Below are positions 44,649 to 55,129 of a stretch of 64,000 nucleotides of DNA, in pieces. The notes under the pieces are model-generated. The model saw only the letters and a program-made list of their open reading frames with translations. It was not told the DNA's origin and did not search any database. Both the position numbers and the translations under genes were made by a program. This DNA comes from a virus. Taxonomy: Duplodnaviria; Heunggongvirae; Uroviricota; Caudoviricetes. The number at the start of each line of letters is the position of its first letter. Position 1 is the stretch's first letter. The stretch spans positions 32,380-96,379 of the IMG/VR virus record IMGVR_UViG_3300027861_000012; one strand, given 5' to 3'.

Positions 44649-47512
44649 TCTTCTCCTGCTTGCAAGTAACAGGTTCCGCAACCCCACAGTTCACCTTCGT
44701 CATCATACTGGAAATCGAATTGCTTGGTGGGTTTTTCCTCATCGTCTTCTTCTCCACCAACATAAGCTTCGTCGGAAATAACCAGTTGTAGCTCGCGGTC
44801 TTGAACATCCTTCTCGGCCGGTAACAACCGGAACACGTCTTCAAGTGAAGCCCAGTTTTCTTCACCATCCTTCTCAGTTGTCCTGATCCTCGTATTTTCT
44901 ATATACAAGGTAGTAGGTTCTGTTGTTTCTATCGTCGGAATTTCAGGATCAGGAATTTGAACCCGCCCTGACATCCGTGTGTTTACCACTGGTTTAGATT
45001 GGAATTCAGGATACACCGGCCTGAATTTCCCCACAGGTTGTGGCGACCATTTCTGTCCCAAAGTTTTCCAATCTGAGGGACTTCGGTCACCATAGTCTCC
45101 ATGTGATGAGAGTCCGATAGCTGGGCCACCAACATACACTACACCCTCGCCTATGAGTGACTCATAATAACCGACAGGGAGGTCACCAGTGGCTTGAGCA
45201 CCTGGACCGTCTCCACCGGCCAGACCCAAATCAATTTCTCTACTGGTCGGGAAGACCCATTCTGGATTGACATTAGCTGGCCAGGCAAAATCGTATGCTT
45301 CCATTTCACCTGATTTCACGGGCAGCCAGCAATTCAAAGACATGCTTTGGTCCGAGGTTTCTAGGTCAGCGACTTCAACAGTGGCTTTGATATCGCCGTT
45401 AGCGATATAGGGCGACTGAAAGCTCAGTGTCACAGCATCAAAGGCTTCCAGGTTCATCTTGTTGAGAAATGTCTTGAATGACAAACGTTTCCATGTATTT
45501 GATTTCCTGATCAACCAGAAGGTGGCAATCTTGTAAATGGTATCTGGATGGTGATAGATGTAGTATTCATACTCCTCCTCCTGAATCCCATACTTCCGGA
45601 TATTGTGACGTAGGATGAGTTTGTTGAGTTCTGGCTGGGCATAACTAAGTCGCCAAGTCGCCGTGTATTTTGTCACCAGATTTTCTGTAGACGTGAGTTC
45701 CATTGAAATGGTATTGGTTTCAATGTCCTGCTCAGTGATGGTGTCCACAGCAGTGGGTTCTTCAGCAAGGTATCGTATATAGAAGACCCCATCAATCAAT
45801 CGAAGACTGCACCGAGCTTGAAAAGCAATTTCATTGAGAACTGAGACCAGATTCTTTCGTTCTAACAGCGCAAAGTTGGCGGGGAAGATATCTAGTTTTT
45901 CACCAACCTCAGCAAAACTCACAGGATCGTAGGTCATATCCGAGTACACATCAATGAGGTATATCAGAATGTCACAGATATTGGGGCCAACATCCGACTC
46001 GAATGTCACATACAAATCGTCGCTCCAGTTTTCATCTTCCATGAGACTCAAGGTATTGGTAAGGACAACTTGTACGGTGTCAATTGGCCCGTATGACACA
46101 TTTTTCACCTCATAGAGTTCGGTAGGCACCGTAGAAAGTATCTTGATACCATGGAAATCTTTGAATGCCTTCACGGTTAGCACAGTACCGGGGACAATAC
46201 TCACTATGTAGGTAATTGGTTCGTCACCAACAATACTGACTTGTGAGCCCGCGTCACCCCAAAAATGCTGTAGCACATCGCTATCAGGCGTATCCTCTTC
46301 AGGGTCGTTGTACCAGTAGATCCGGATGGTGCGTCTTACGCAATCACCCGCAATCATAAATTTACCTGATGTGAGATCCGATGGTGGTTTGCTCAGAGAC
46401 CCTACACAGGGTATCTTACCTTCCAACTTTACAATGTTGGCTGGCTTGGGCGGCGTCTTACACCAAAGAGAGTCCCTGTCCTGTGATGCACTACTGGAGG
46501 CCGATTCGGAGGGTGCGTGCCATTTATTTGTGACATAGAATTTGTCATCAAATTCGGTATTTTCTTCTCCAAAATGACCCACAAAGATACCACCACCAAT
46601 CTGTAGCGTAAGCCCACCCCTCGGAAAGTCTTCACCGCCAAGGATGTGTATTGGATTACAACCGGACCCCTTTGCCAAAGCAGCATTGACTGTCTCGTAA
46701 CGTTGTTCTAATGCACACATCTGTGACCGGTACCAGTCTTCCGCAGTTTTGACTATTTGGTTAGAGATCTCATTAACTTGGTCCAAGGCTTTACTAGCCT
46801 CATCGTCATCCACACCATACCAGTCTGCAAACATGTAGTCGTAGTGTTGACGCGATTGCTGGGCCTGTCGAAAATCAGGTGGGTTGGAACCCCAACCAGC
46901 ATTGAGGTGCGCTGATACCCCAGTCAGGATACTGACGGGGCACAGTGTTGTTCCAGTCAAGGCTCGATTACATTGTACCGCCGGGACATCATACGGCGTA
47001 CCAAAGATGGAAGGCCATGTCGTGCCAACCATGTCCTTTGGGACAAAGGGGAACTGCCCCTCCTCGGGCGAGAACCCCACCTCTTTGTCCTCAATCTGGG
47101 TCACAACACTAAACGAAACAGACCGTTCCCCTTCATTCCAACTCACTGGTGAACTAATCTTCCCGCGAATGAGAAGGAACTTGTCTGCTAGATCAAGTCC
47201 TTCAAACCAGTGATACACCCACACATCCCGCTTATGAATATCGTGCTCGTTCATGATAGCCTTGATGCTACCGTCTGTATCATCAAGGGTTATGTCCATC
47301 TCCGCTGAGTCTTCACTTTGGTCAATGCTGATCACGTTGTCTATGGTGCTGACATCGAGAATCTTACCGGGGATGGTTCCGATATCTCGATCAGCATACA
47401 TGTTCGTCATATGTTCATTTTCGGCATCCCAAGCGATTTTGATAATCACAATAGGTTCAGTACCTAAACGTGTACGGACAGCATTGATGGCAGCGGCTGA
47501 AAGATTTCTCAT
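44645..47512 (-). CDS. large virion structural protein (955 aa; tail/baseplate-like, unassigned)
   Basis: Long ORF at the head of the giant-protein string. No enzymatic motifs. Confidence 0.55.
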   Translation of the reverse strand: MRNLSAAAINAVRTRLGTEPIVIIKIAWDAENEHMTNMYADRDIGTIPGKILDVSTIDNVISIDQSEDSAEMDITLDDTDGSIKAIMNEHDIHKRDVWVYHWFEGLDLADKFLLIRGKISSPVSWNEGERSVSFSVVTQIEDKEVGFSPEEGQFPFVPKDMVGTTWPSIFGTPYDVPAVQCNRALTGTTLCPVSILTGVSAHLNAGWGSNPPDFRQAQQSRQHYDYMFADWYGVDDDEASKALDQVNEISNQIVKTAEDWYRSQMCALEQRYETVNAALAKGSGCNPIHILGGEDFPRGGLTLQIGGGIFVGHFGEENTEFDDKFYVTNKWHAPSESASSSASQDRDSLWCKTPPKPANIVKLEGKIPCVGSLSKPPSDLTSGKFMIAGDCVRRTIRIYWYNDPEEDTPDSDVLQHFWGDAGSQVSIVGDEPITYIVSIVPGTVLTVKAFKDFHGIKILSTVPTELYEVKNVSYGPIDTVQVVLTNTLSLMEDENWSDDLYVTFESDVGPNICDILIYLIDVYSDMTYDPVSFAEVGEKLDIFPANFALLERKNLVSVLNEIAFQARCSLRLIDGVFYIRYLAEEPTAVDTITEQDIETNTISMELTSTENLVTKYTATWRLSYAQPELNKLILRHNIRKYGIQEEEYEYYIYHHPDTIYKIATFWLIRKSNTWKRLSFKTFLNKMNLEAFDAVTLSFQSPYIANGDIKATVEVADLETSDQSMSLNCWLPVKSGEMEAYDFAWPANVNPEWVFPTSREIDLGLAGGDGPGAQATGDLPVGYYESLIGEGVVYVGGPAIGLSSHGDYGDRSPSDWKTLGQKWSPQPVGKFRPVYPEFQSKPVVNTRMSGRVQIPDPEIPTIETTEPTTLYIENTRIRTTEKDGEENWASLEDVFRLLPAEKDVQDRELQLVISDEAYVGGEEDDEEKPTKQFDFQYDDEGELWGCGTCYLQAGEE

Positions 47513-47922
47513 TGCATGATCCCTTCAAACTCGATTTGAATCGTCTGACGCTCGTGACCAGGGAAGAATTCAGCACGCGCAGGTGTCGTGAACTCAAATG
47601 GGTCATTTACGAGATGCCCAACCCAGACGCGGTCAAGATGGTCAGTTATCCGCATTTTGGAAGCAAAATAAGAGCGGACAAAGTTTCGCAACTCAAGAGC
47701 CTTCATTCGACTCATTGAGAGTTCCCAAACCAAACGTCTTCGGAGACCCTTGGTCTTCACGTAGGTATATAGCGTCCCGTCCATGGCACGCTTGGTGATA
47801 ACCTCATCAGTGAGTTCCTCGCTGTCCCCAAGCTGGGGATTCGGGAAGACTGACGTTGTTTGAATACTGGGGTACGGAGCTTCCATGGTTATCATATCAA
47901 CACCTCCCCAATTGAGTTCCAA
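47509..47922 (-). CDS. hypothetical structural-module protein
   Basis: 137-aa ORF. Its stop overlaps the next start by 4 nt. Confidence 0.45.
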   Translation of the reverse strand: MELNWGGVDMITMEAPYPSIQTTSVFPNPQLGDSEELTDEVITKRAMDGTLYTYVKTKGLRRRLVWELSMSRMKALELRNFVRSYFASKMRITDHLDRVWVGHLVNDPFEFTTPARAEFFPGHERQTIQIEFEGIMQ

Positions 47923-50900
47923 ATTACAAGAGTTCTGAATCGGTCACCAGTTTGTGCCGACTCATAGATGATCTCTCGATTCGCTCCATCTGACCGCATC
48001 CGAGAAATATGGTGGATGTTGTAGTGGCCCATATACAGGTAGTCATCGGCCGGATTGTAGACAATGTGGCCGATCTGATCTGCCGTCCCAGAGCCAGCCC
48101 ACAGAACCGAATGGTTAGAGCCATCAGTATCGGCCACATGAATATCCGCATCCGTGTAGCTTGACCAGAAGATTTTTTGCCGCACAGTATCACCTGTGAT
48201 TGAGATCGGATAATCTCCGGTGTTTCCGCTACCAGTTTTCCATACAGCAAAATTGCCGCCGTCACGATCACATTTCCAGATGATGTCACTACTGCTGCTA
48301 ATGTAAATCTTGTCTTCAGTGGATTGATACCAGATGCCTCGAACACTACCGCTAAGGCTTCCATTCGCCACGATCTGTGTCGGACCACCGACACCACCAG
48401 CTTGCATTGAATAGATCCCATAACCATTCACATAGAAGTACACCCTATACCGGGCTTCATCAACACAGAGACAATACACCCCTGCGGGTGCCGTATAGAC
48501 TAGGGTACTTGCACCCGTGGGATTCCTGTTGTAGATGGTTCCTGTTGTGTATTCAGCCCACACCATTCTCCGCGCGGCATTGAACATTCCAGCAGCATTG
48601 AATACCTGACTATGAACAGGGTTATTAGTCTCCATGACCAAGTATTCACCGTGCATGTCCATCTTATGGAGATCGTTACCCCCATCCTCAAAGGCAATGA
48701 TACGACCCTTGACTACAGACCGCGAGGGCAGCCATTTCTCGTTGAAGCTGATGGCATCCAGGTTTCCACCGGTGCTTGTCCACAACAGCGGAATAGTTCC
48801 CACGGGACCCACAGTGGCACAGGATATACCATACACACCACTGGTGTAGATGAGATACATGAAGTCATTCGCAGGTGAGTATGTAATCGGCCAGGCACCG
48901 CCATTACCGAAGTGTGAGATAGCACCACCGGTATAGGCACACCGGTAGTATTTGAAGTCAGTGTTGTCACACCAGATGATCCGTCGATTCGTATTATCAA
49001 TACACATGTAAGATGGGAGTGTGAGTCCAGATTGCAGCACAGTGGGGCTGGAACCATCGTATCCACAATAGACGATACGGCCATCTGCTCGTGAGGTCCA
49101 ATAGACCCTTGCGGATTGGCGCTCGTAGTCAATCGACCAATAGTCCTTGTAGGTATATGCACTGTTGACGATGATGCGTTCATCAGAACCATCAAGGTTA
49201 CAGCGTCGAAGTTGGTTATCAGGTGTCTTCACGTAGAATAGATAACCCTTGTCCGGAGCCAAGCAAATCCATTTCACAGTATTGGTGCCGTCAAGTCTGT
49301 TGTCAATGATCATCTCTGGTCGTGTACCATTGAGTCGGCATCGCATGATTGCATTCACGACGTTGTCTACCCAGTAGAACCAGCCATTGATATCATCAAC
49401 CTTGCAATCGGAGGCAGCAATCCCACGACCGGTCATGTAGTCTGCCGGTGTACCCCAGGCACGATCCTGCATTCTAATCCCGTCAGTGGTTCCGGTATCC
49501 ACAACGAACAGCCTATCATCATGTCCATCGGGGCAGGTTCCTGGACTCCCACCGCCACCAATACCATCAAGGACGCCAACACCATAGAAAGGTCTGGTGG
49601 TCGCAGACTCATCAACCACAGTCTGGAGGTTGGTCCCGTCACCGTACATTCGCCAGCAATATCCTTGGTCGTCACTCATGTACAGCCGATTTTGTTGGTG
49701 TGACCATTCAATGTCCGTCACATAGCCTGTGTAGATAGTCGTGAGACTTGCGCCTCCCGTAGTTCCACTACGTATTCGATTACCACTGCCAAAGCTATTG
49801 TCCTCAGTCCAATATAGCATCCCATTGATGTAGTCAATGGTCAATTTCCGGGGCTCGCTGAGTGCTGCCAGAGTATGGACAGCCGTTTTACTGGTGCCAT
49901 CGAAGTTCATCGAATAGATGATGTCGTTGCCCTTTTCGGCGACATACAGCTTCTTATTGATTGGGTCCACAGCTAGGCCAGACGGTAATGAAGCCGTTCC
50001 CATACTGGTTTGATTGGTGCCGTCCAAATCAACCCGCTCGACTGTGTAGCCCACATAGTCACTGTACCATATGTAACCATGCTCGGCACACACTGTAATC
50101 ACGTATGGAGTGGGGATACCAGTCTTGATGTACTCAAAATCTTGACCATCAAGACTGGCGCGTGAGATCGCATTATGGACCGTACTGGCCCAATAGATGT
50201 GGTTACCAGATTGCTGCACAGAACAACCCCAGACGCCGTTCTGTTGTGTTCTAGCAAGGAAGCGTGTATGGGCCCCACCATGATTTGTGGCCCACCAGCC
50301 TGATGCCCAAGCAGTTAGTCCATTATCCAAGAGGTAGATTTGAGGATCAATGAAGTCAATGCCGATGTTGTTCCCGCGATCTATGCATATTGGATTGGCT
50401 GTGGGTACCACAGTGCTGCTCGATGCGTCACAGTAAGCAATTTGGGAATCAAAGAAGTAGCCGGTGGTGGTAACATTAAGATACCAGGCCGACTGAGCCA
50501 AACACTTGAAGCCATCCATCTCGATACCACCAACATAGAAGGTATCACAGGTGATCGTGCATCCGTCCATGAGATCAAGAGTGCCGTACACGTCTTTGTT
50601 CCCAAGAGCCACTACACCAGGGCTATTGATGGTTTGCCCGTTTGGATCAAAGGTACCATACCGACCATAGTAGTTGGCCGGACGTATCGGGCCAGTGAGG
50701 GCAACGTCCTTATCATCACCTGTATCCAGGACACAGTTGGTGTTGGTCGTGTTCAAACCGTTGTACCACTCATCGTCGCTATCGAGTATTAGCGACCAGT
50801 CCATATTCTCGCGTCCACCATGGATGATACTGATGCTGTCATCATGGGGACTGGAGTTCTTACCAGACTGCCATTTGGACCATTCTCGCATGTAGCCATG

Positions 50901-53900
50901 GAACCAGTAGGCTGCTGTTGTGCCCACAAAGTTACCCAGGCTGAAATGATCGCTGGTGTCAATGGCCCCAACCGCTGCACAGGATACAGTGCTGTCAAGA
51001 ACGCCATCAATGTACAGATAGATATTGTTGTTGTTACGCTGTACCTGGATGTGACGCCAGCGGTCGTTACCTGTGCTAAAAAGAAAGGTAGCAGTGCTAG
51101 CGAAATCCATTGTGGCTCCAGCGCCGTCCTTCATAGCAAACCGAAGCTTTCCTGGATACGTAGCATGATCATACTGGTACATTAGCAGACAGAGGGAGTT
51201 GTTCGCGTTTATCCAATTGGAATTACCTACTGCGGTGGCAAAGATCACTTCGTAGTCAAATGCATTGAGCTTACCCGCTGGTTTAATCCAGCCACCGATA
51301 GACCATTTGGCCGTGCTAGAACCACCTGGGAACGGTAGGGGATCATCCAGTTCAAATTCTGCGGAGGTACCGTTGAAGTAGTAAGATGGCCACTCGCCTT
51401 GAATCACAGTATCCGTTTGTTGGTTGAGGAAGTCCACCGTGCCGCTATCATTGTCGTCTGTGTCCAGATAAATGTACCCGGTACCCTTGGTCCAGGTCAC
51501 GGTACCACTACCTGATTTGGCATCCACTACGTCCCCGCCAATGTGCCAACGAACATCTCGACTTGAACAATTGACAACAATGTTGACGTTGGACCCCGCC
51601 AGTGTGTCCCAAATGAGGTCACCAGCAACGTCGATGGTCACGGGTTGATAAGTGGTGCAGTCAATGGTGAGTGTATTCGATGCGGTGCCGTATGCTTCAA
51701 ACTGAAGACTACCATTCGAGAACACATAATCACCTGCCCGGAATGGGAAGGTATGAGCCCCTCCACCGTTGGAGATGATGATGAACTCACCGCACTCGTA
51801 GGTACCTGGTACAAAGACCGCTCCTGCCAAAGTGCTGTAGCATCGCACGGTAGCAATTGAGAGGGTACCACCAATGTCAGATATTCCTGCTGCGGACCAG
51901 AAATGCAGATAGCCCGCCCCAGTAATGGTGCCGCCAGTATTCAAATCAAGTGTGCTGCCATTAAGCATTGAGAAACCCTTACCAGCATTGATTGTAAGCG
52001 AGCTACCATTACCATCAACAATAAGAGCGGTACCAACATAGAGGTGGCCAGCAATCATTGTGGTTGATGCAACTCCGTATACGTTCCCGATATACAGGTT
52101 TGCAATGGTGGAGTTTGGAGCCCGGAAAGTCATCGTGGCCCCTGCGCCATACATCTGCACGGCATTCATTGTTTGTGTACCGGTATGGGCCGAGTCATGA
52201 TAGTTCCCAGTGAGGTACACGGAACTATTTTGAGTGAAGGTACCGCTACCGGCCAGGGTCATATGTGTGGTCCAAAGGTTTCCACCGGTTTGTGAATAGC
52301 TGCCATTCACCAGATTGAATGTGTTAGCAAATCCAAGGTTGGTACAGACAGCGGTAAGGGTCCCACCTGACTTGTCCACGCGGCCCGCTTCATAGGTCAT
52401 GTTAGCGGGGCAAGTAAGTGTTTGCGCACCCGAGCCGTTGAAGGTCATAGTACCTGAGCCAGCATCCCAAGTAACCGTGCCGCCAGCCAGATTCTGAACC
52501 AGAAAGTCGCCGCTGATTTCATAATTCGGATTACCAGTGTCACCTTCAATGGTAAATGTGCCGTCCCCAGTGTAGGTACGGAATTCAACATTCTTGAACT
52601 GGTAGGTTCCAGCAGAAGGTGTCCAATACACAGTAGGATCGCTACTGGTATATGTACTTCGGAAATAGAACTTCCCGGAAAGACCGGTATAGTCCCCGGC
52701 CACAAAGACGGCAGTCGGGTATGTTGGGTGGAAATTCACATAGACATTTGCACACGCCAAAGAACCGTCAAGTAACAGAATACCACACCCATTTCTTGGG
52801 AGATATGGATACAAATAACCTGCGCCATTGATTACACCCGTAGAGTACAGATATGTCTTCGCCGAGTAGTATGGGATGAGATAGGTAGACAGCGTGAGCG
52901 TACCGTACACCTTGAGATTACCGTCATAGACACGCACTGTGTCATTAACCTGGGTGATGCTTGCTCCGGTATCAATGGTGATGGAAGTTATGTAATTACC
53001 AACGCCACCAACAGCTTCTGTCTGAAGTGTTTTGCCAGAACCCTTCATGACCAAGACACCAGTATTGCGAGTGATGTTTGCTGTGAGACTGTTAGAGTTG
53101 TCGAAGTTTCCATAGACATTGAAGTAGGACGTTGCGTCACCCATCAGCAATGTACCTGTTGCATTGATGGTTACATCACCCCATACCGTCAGAGACTTCT
53201 TGGCATTATTGAAGTCGGCCACACAGCCATTGATGTCGAGATTCCCACCAACCGTGGAGTCATCCCAGATATAGACTACTTTGCCACCGGTTTTGGCAAA
53301 CACTGTGTCTTCAATCTGGTGAGTGCTCGTACTGAAATAACCTTGGTCAGCACTTCCGTCCATTGTGATGGTACCAGTTCCAGCCGTATATGTAAGCCCG
53401 TTACCGTCCACCAGGAAATGGCGACCCACATTGATATCCGGGTTGTTCACATTATTGACATGCAGTGTGCCTGATGAGGTCTCTCGGAAATACAAACTGA
53501 AGAACGAGTAAGTGCCAGAATTGAGTTTTATCTCCCTGGCGGTGGCGTTACCGACATAGACATCAGTCAAGGTGATCGATGAATAATCAGCCGGGATCAA
53601 TACTGCGGTACCCATTGGGTAATGGAATCTCAGGTTGGTACATGTGACAGTGGCACTGGCACTGTAGGCTACCATACCACCACCAGTGTGTGGATGATTG
53701 ATAAAGAGCCCGGATACACCACTGATATTGGCCGTGGCAGAGACAGTCATCTGGCATTTCCATGCCGAAATTAGCCAGTCGGTAAGAATCATAGTCCCAT
53801 CGATAAGACAGGTGGGGGTCCCTGTCTCTGCACCAACTTGCCCATAGCCATCGTCTACCGTAATGGTAGCAGTCGATGTGACCCATAGATGGAAGACATA

Positions 53901-55118
53901 ATGAAGCCCTGTCTTAAATGTTCCTGTACCGGTAAGCTTCAGGGTTGCTGTGCCAGTCGTGACGGTGGTACAATCTTCACAGTCAAATGTGGTTCCAACG
54001 GTCCATGTGTTGCCGGTGCCCATCGTGAGCGTTGAGAAATCGAAGATTGCGCTTGTAGTTGTGGTGATATCATAGGTGCTAGCATTGAAGCTTCCCGTGG
54101 TTCCCGTAATGCTATCGGTGACCATATCGCTGGCCAATGTAAGCGTGTTGCTAGACTTGTTGATGATCACGTCTTCAATGGTATAAATACAGGTGAAGCT
54201 TTGTGCCGCTGTTCCGCTGAATGTGATCGAACCGGTGCCTTTGTCCCAAACGATTGATCCAGCACCAGAATTCACCACAGCGAAATTTCCAGTGACATTG
54301 AGGCTGGCATCGTTGGTATCCATATCGATAGTACCAACAAAGGCCCCAGTGTTCTCGACCTCGAAGTCCATATTGAAGATTGTGGTACTGGCCGGTAGGA
54401 TAAGCTTGTCTGTGTCTTGTGTGAAGATCACTTCACAGTGTTTCGTTGCCGTGCCGTCCCCGTAGGTTGCTGCCACAAGGGTCATGCTCTTAGGCTGCTG
54501 GATTTCAAGCCGTGCGTTCCAGGTCCCCAACATCTGGGTCACACCAACTGAGTTGGATTTGAACCGAACATGCCCGGCAGCGGTGGAATCAACCACCCCA
54601 GAGGCACCAACAGCAACACCAGCGGCTGTCCAACAGATACAGCCGTTCCCGGCTAGATCAAACGTCCCATCGATACGGATTGCATTGCTTGCAGACCCAT
54701 AAACCTGAACGGTATTCGTGAGCGTGATGCTTGCGCCAGACGCAATCCAAATGAGATTGTAGAGACAGTCAGCATTACCACCCCACCAAGTCTTACCAGA
54801 TCCGGTCATCTTGATGGTTGAAGTCTGACGATTGAATGTGATTCCAGCGAAGTACGGATCGAAGTTGCCAGCGATGGTCCAGAGACTGCCCGTGCCCATA
54901 TTGATGGTGTCAGTGATGTTGAAGGTTACGTTCCCGTTGATCGTCACATCAAATGTGGACGTGGTCCAATTACCATCTGTCAGAACGAGACTTGCAGCAC
55001 CGAAATCACCAGTGAGAGTGAGCGTCCCCGCAGACTTATCGACTTCAACGCTATCAGCAAATGCTCGACCAGCAAGGTCAACACTCTGATTCGCGGTGCC
55101 TGTGAATTTGATTGACAT
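47892..55118 (-). CDS. giant fibre/adhesin-like protein (2408 aa): Thr/Gly/Asn-rich beta-helix-like N-terminal half, LamG-like lectin domain, C-terminal YWTD/NHL-type beta-propeller repeats
   Basis: Repetitive TGT/GTG/NxT composition for the first ~1400 aa. The block WSIGGWIKP...LYIDGV is LamG/ConA-like. The C-terminal third has ~40-aa repeats with the LYW(T/S)D pattern (KKLYVAEKGNDIIYSMNFDG, GMLYWTEDNS, NRLYMSDDQGYCWRMYGDG). Confidence 0.8.
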   Translation of the reverse strand: MSIKFTGTANQSVDLAGRAFADSVEVDKSAGTLTLTGDFGAASLVLTDGNWTTSTFDVTINGNVTFNITDTINMGTGSLWTIAGNFDPYFAGITFNRQTSTIKMTGSGKTWWGGNADCLYNLIWIASGASITLTNTVQVYGSASNAIRIDGTFDLAGNGCICWTAAGVAVGASGVVDSTAAGHVRFKSNSVGVTQMLGTWNARLEIQQPKSMTLVAATYGDGTATKHCEVIFTQDTDKLILPASTTIFNMDFEVENTGAFVGTIDMDTNDASLNVTGNFAVVNSGAGSIVWDKGTGSITFSGTAAQSFTCIYTIEDVIINKSSNTLTLASDMVTDSITGTTGSFNASTYDITTTTSAIFDFSTLTMGTGNTWTVGTTFDCEDCTTVTTGTATLKLTGTGTFKTGLHYVFHLWVTSTATITVDDGYGQVGAETGTPTCLIDGTMILTDWLISAWKCQMTVSATANISGVSGLFINHPHTGGGMVAYSASATVTCTNLRFHYPMGTAVLIPADYSSITLTDVYVGNATAREIKLNSGTYSFFSLYFRETSSGTLHVNNVNNPDINVGRHFLVDGNGLTYTAGTGTITMDGSADQGYFSTSTHQIEDTVFAKTGGKVVYIWDDSTVGGNLDINGCVADFNNAKKSLTVWGDVTINATGTLLMGDATSYFNVYGNFDNSNSLTANITRNTGVLVMKGSGKTLQTEAVGGVGNYITSITIDTGASITQVNDTVRVYDGNLKVYGTLTLSTYLIPYYSAKTYLYSTGVINGAGYLYPYLPRNGCGILLLDGSLACANVYVNFHPTYPTAVFVAGDYTGLSGKFYFRSTYTSSDPTVYWTPSAGTYQFKNVEFRTYTGDGTFTIEGDTGNPNYEISGDFLVQNLAGGTVTWDAGSGTMTFNGSGAQTLTCPANMTYEAGRVDKSGGTLTAVCTNLGFANTFNLVNGSYSQTGGNLWTTHMTLAGSGTFTQNSSVYLTGNYHDSAHTGTQTMNAVQMYGAGATMTFRAPNSTIANLYIGNVYGVASTTMIAGHLYVGTALIVDGNGSSLTINAGKGFSMLNGSTLDLNTGGTITGAGYLHFWSAAGISDIGGTLSIATVRCYSTLAGAVFVPGTYECGEFIIISNGGGAHTFPFRAGDYVFSNGSLQFEAYGTASNTLTIDCTTYQPVTIDVAGDLIWDTLAGSNVNIVVNCSSRDVRWHIGGDVVDAKSGSGTVTWTKGTGYIYLDTDDNDSGTVDFLNQQTDTVIQGEWPSYYFNGTSAEFELDDPLPFPGGSSTAKWSIGGWIKPAGKLNAFDYEVIFATAVGNSNWINANNSLCLLMYQYDHATYPGKLRFAMKDGAGATMDFASTATFLFSTGNDRWRHIQVQRNNNNIYLYIDGVLDSTVSCAAVGAIDTSDHFSLGNFVGTTAAYWFHGYMREWSKWQSGKNSSPHDDSISIIHGGRENMDWSLILDSDDEWYNGLNTTNTNCVLDTGDDKDVALTGPIRPANYYGRYGTFDPNGQTINSPGVVALGNKDVYGTLDLMDGCTITCDTFYVGGIEMDGFKCLAQSAWYLNVTTTGYFFDSQIAYCDASSSTVVPTANPICIDRGNNIGIDFIDPQIYLLDNGLTAWASGWWATNHGGAHTRFLARTQQNGVWGCSVQQSGNHIYWASTVHNAISRASLDGQDFEYIKTGIPTPYVITVCAEHGYIWYSDYVGYTVERVDLDGTNQTSMGTASLPSGLAVDPINKKLYVAEKGNDIIYSMNFDGTSKTAVHTLAALSEPRKLTIDYINGMLYWTEDNSFGSGNRIRSGTTGGASLTTIYTGYVTDIEWSHQQNRLYMSDDQGYCWRMYGDGTNLQTVVDESATTRPFYGVGVLDGIGGGGSPGTCPDGHDDRLFVVDTGTTDGIRMQDRAWGTPADYMTGRGIAASDCKVDDINGWFYWVDNVVNAIMRCRLNGTRPEMIIDNRLDGTNTVKWICLAPDKGYLFYVKTPDNQLRRCNLDGSDERIIVNSAYTYKDYWSIDYERQSARVYWTSRADGRIVYCGYDGSSPTVLQSGLTLPSYMCIDNTNRRIIWCDNTDFKYYRCAYTGGAISHFGNGGAWPITYSPANDFMYLIYTSGVYGISCATVGPVGTIPLLWTSTGGNLDAISFNEKWLPSRSVVKGRIIAFEDGGNDLHKMDMHGEYLVMETNNPVHSQVFNAAGMFNAARRMVWAEYTTGTIYNRNPTGASTLVYTAPAGVYCLCVDEARYRVYFYVNGYGIYSMQAGGVGGPTQIVANGSLSGSVRGIWYQSTEDKIYISSSSDIIWKCDRDGGNFAVWKTGSGNTGDYPISITGDTVRQKIFWSSYTDADIHVADTDGSNHSVLWAGSGTADQIGHIVYNPADDYLYMGHYNIHHISRMRSDGANREIIYESAQTGDRFRTLVIWNSIGEVLI

Positions 55119-55129
55119 GCTTCCTCTCC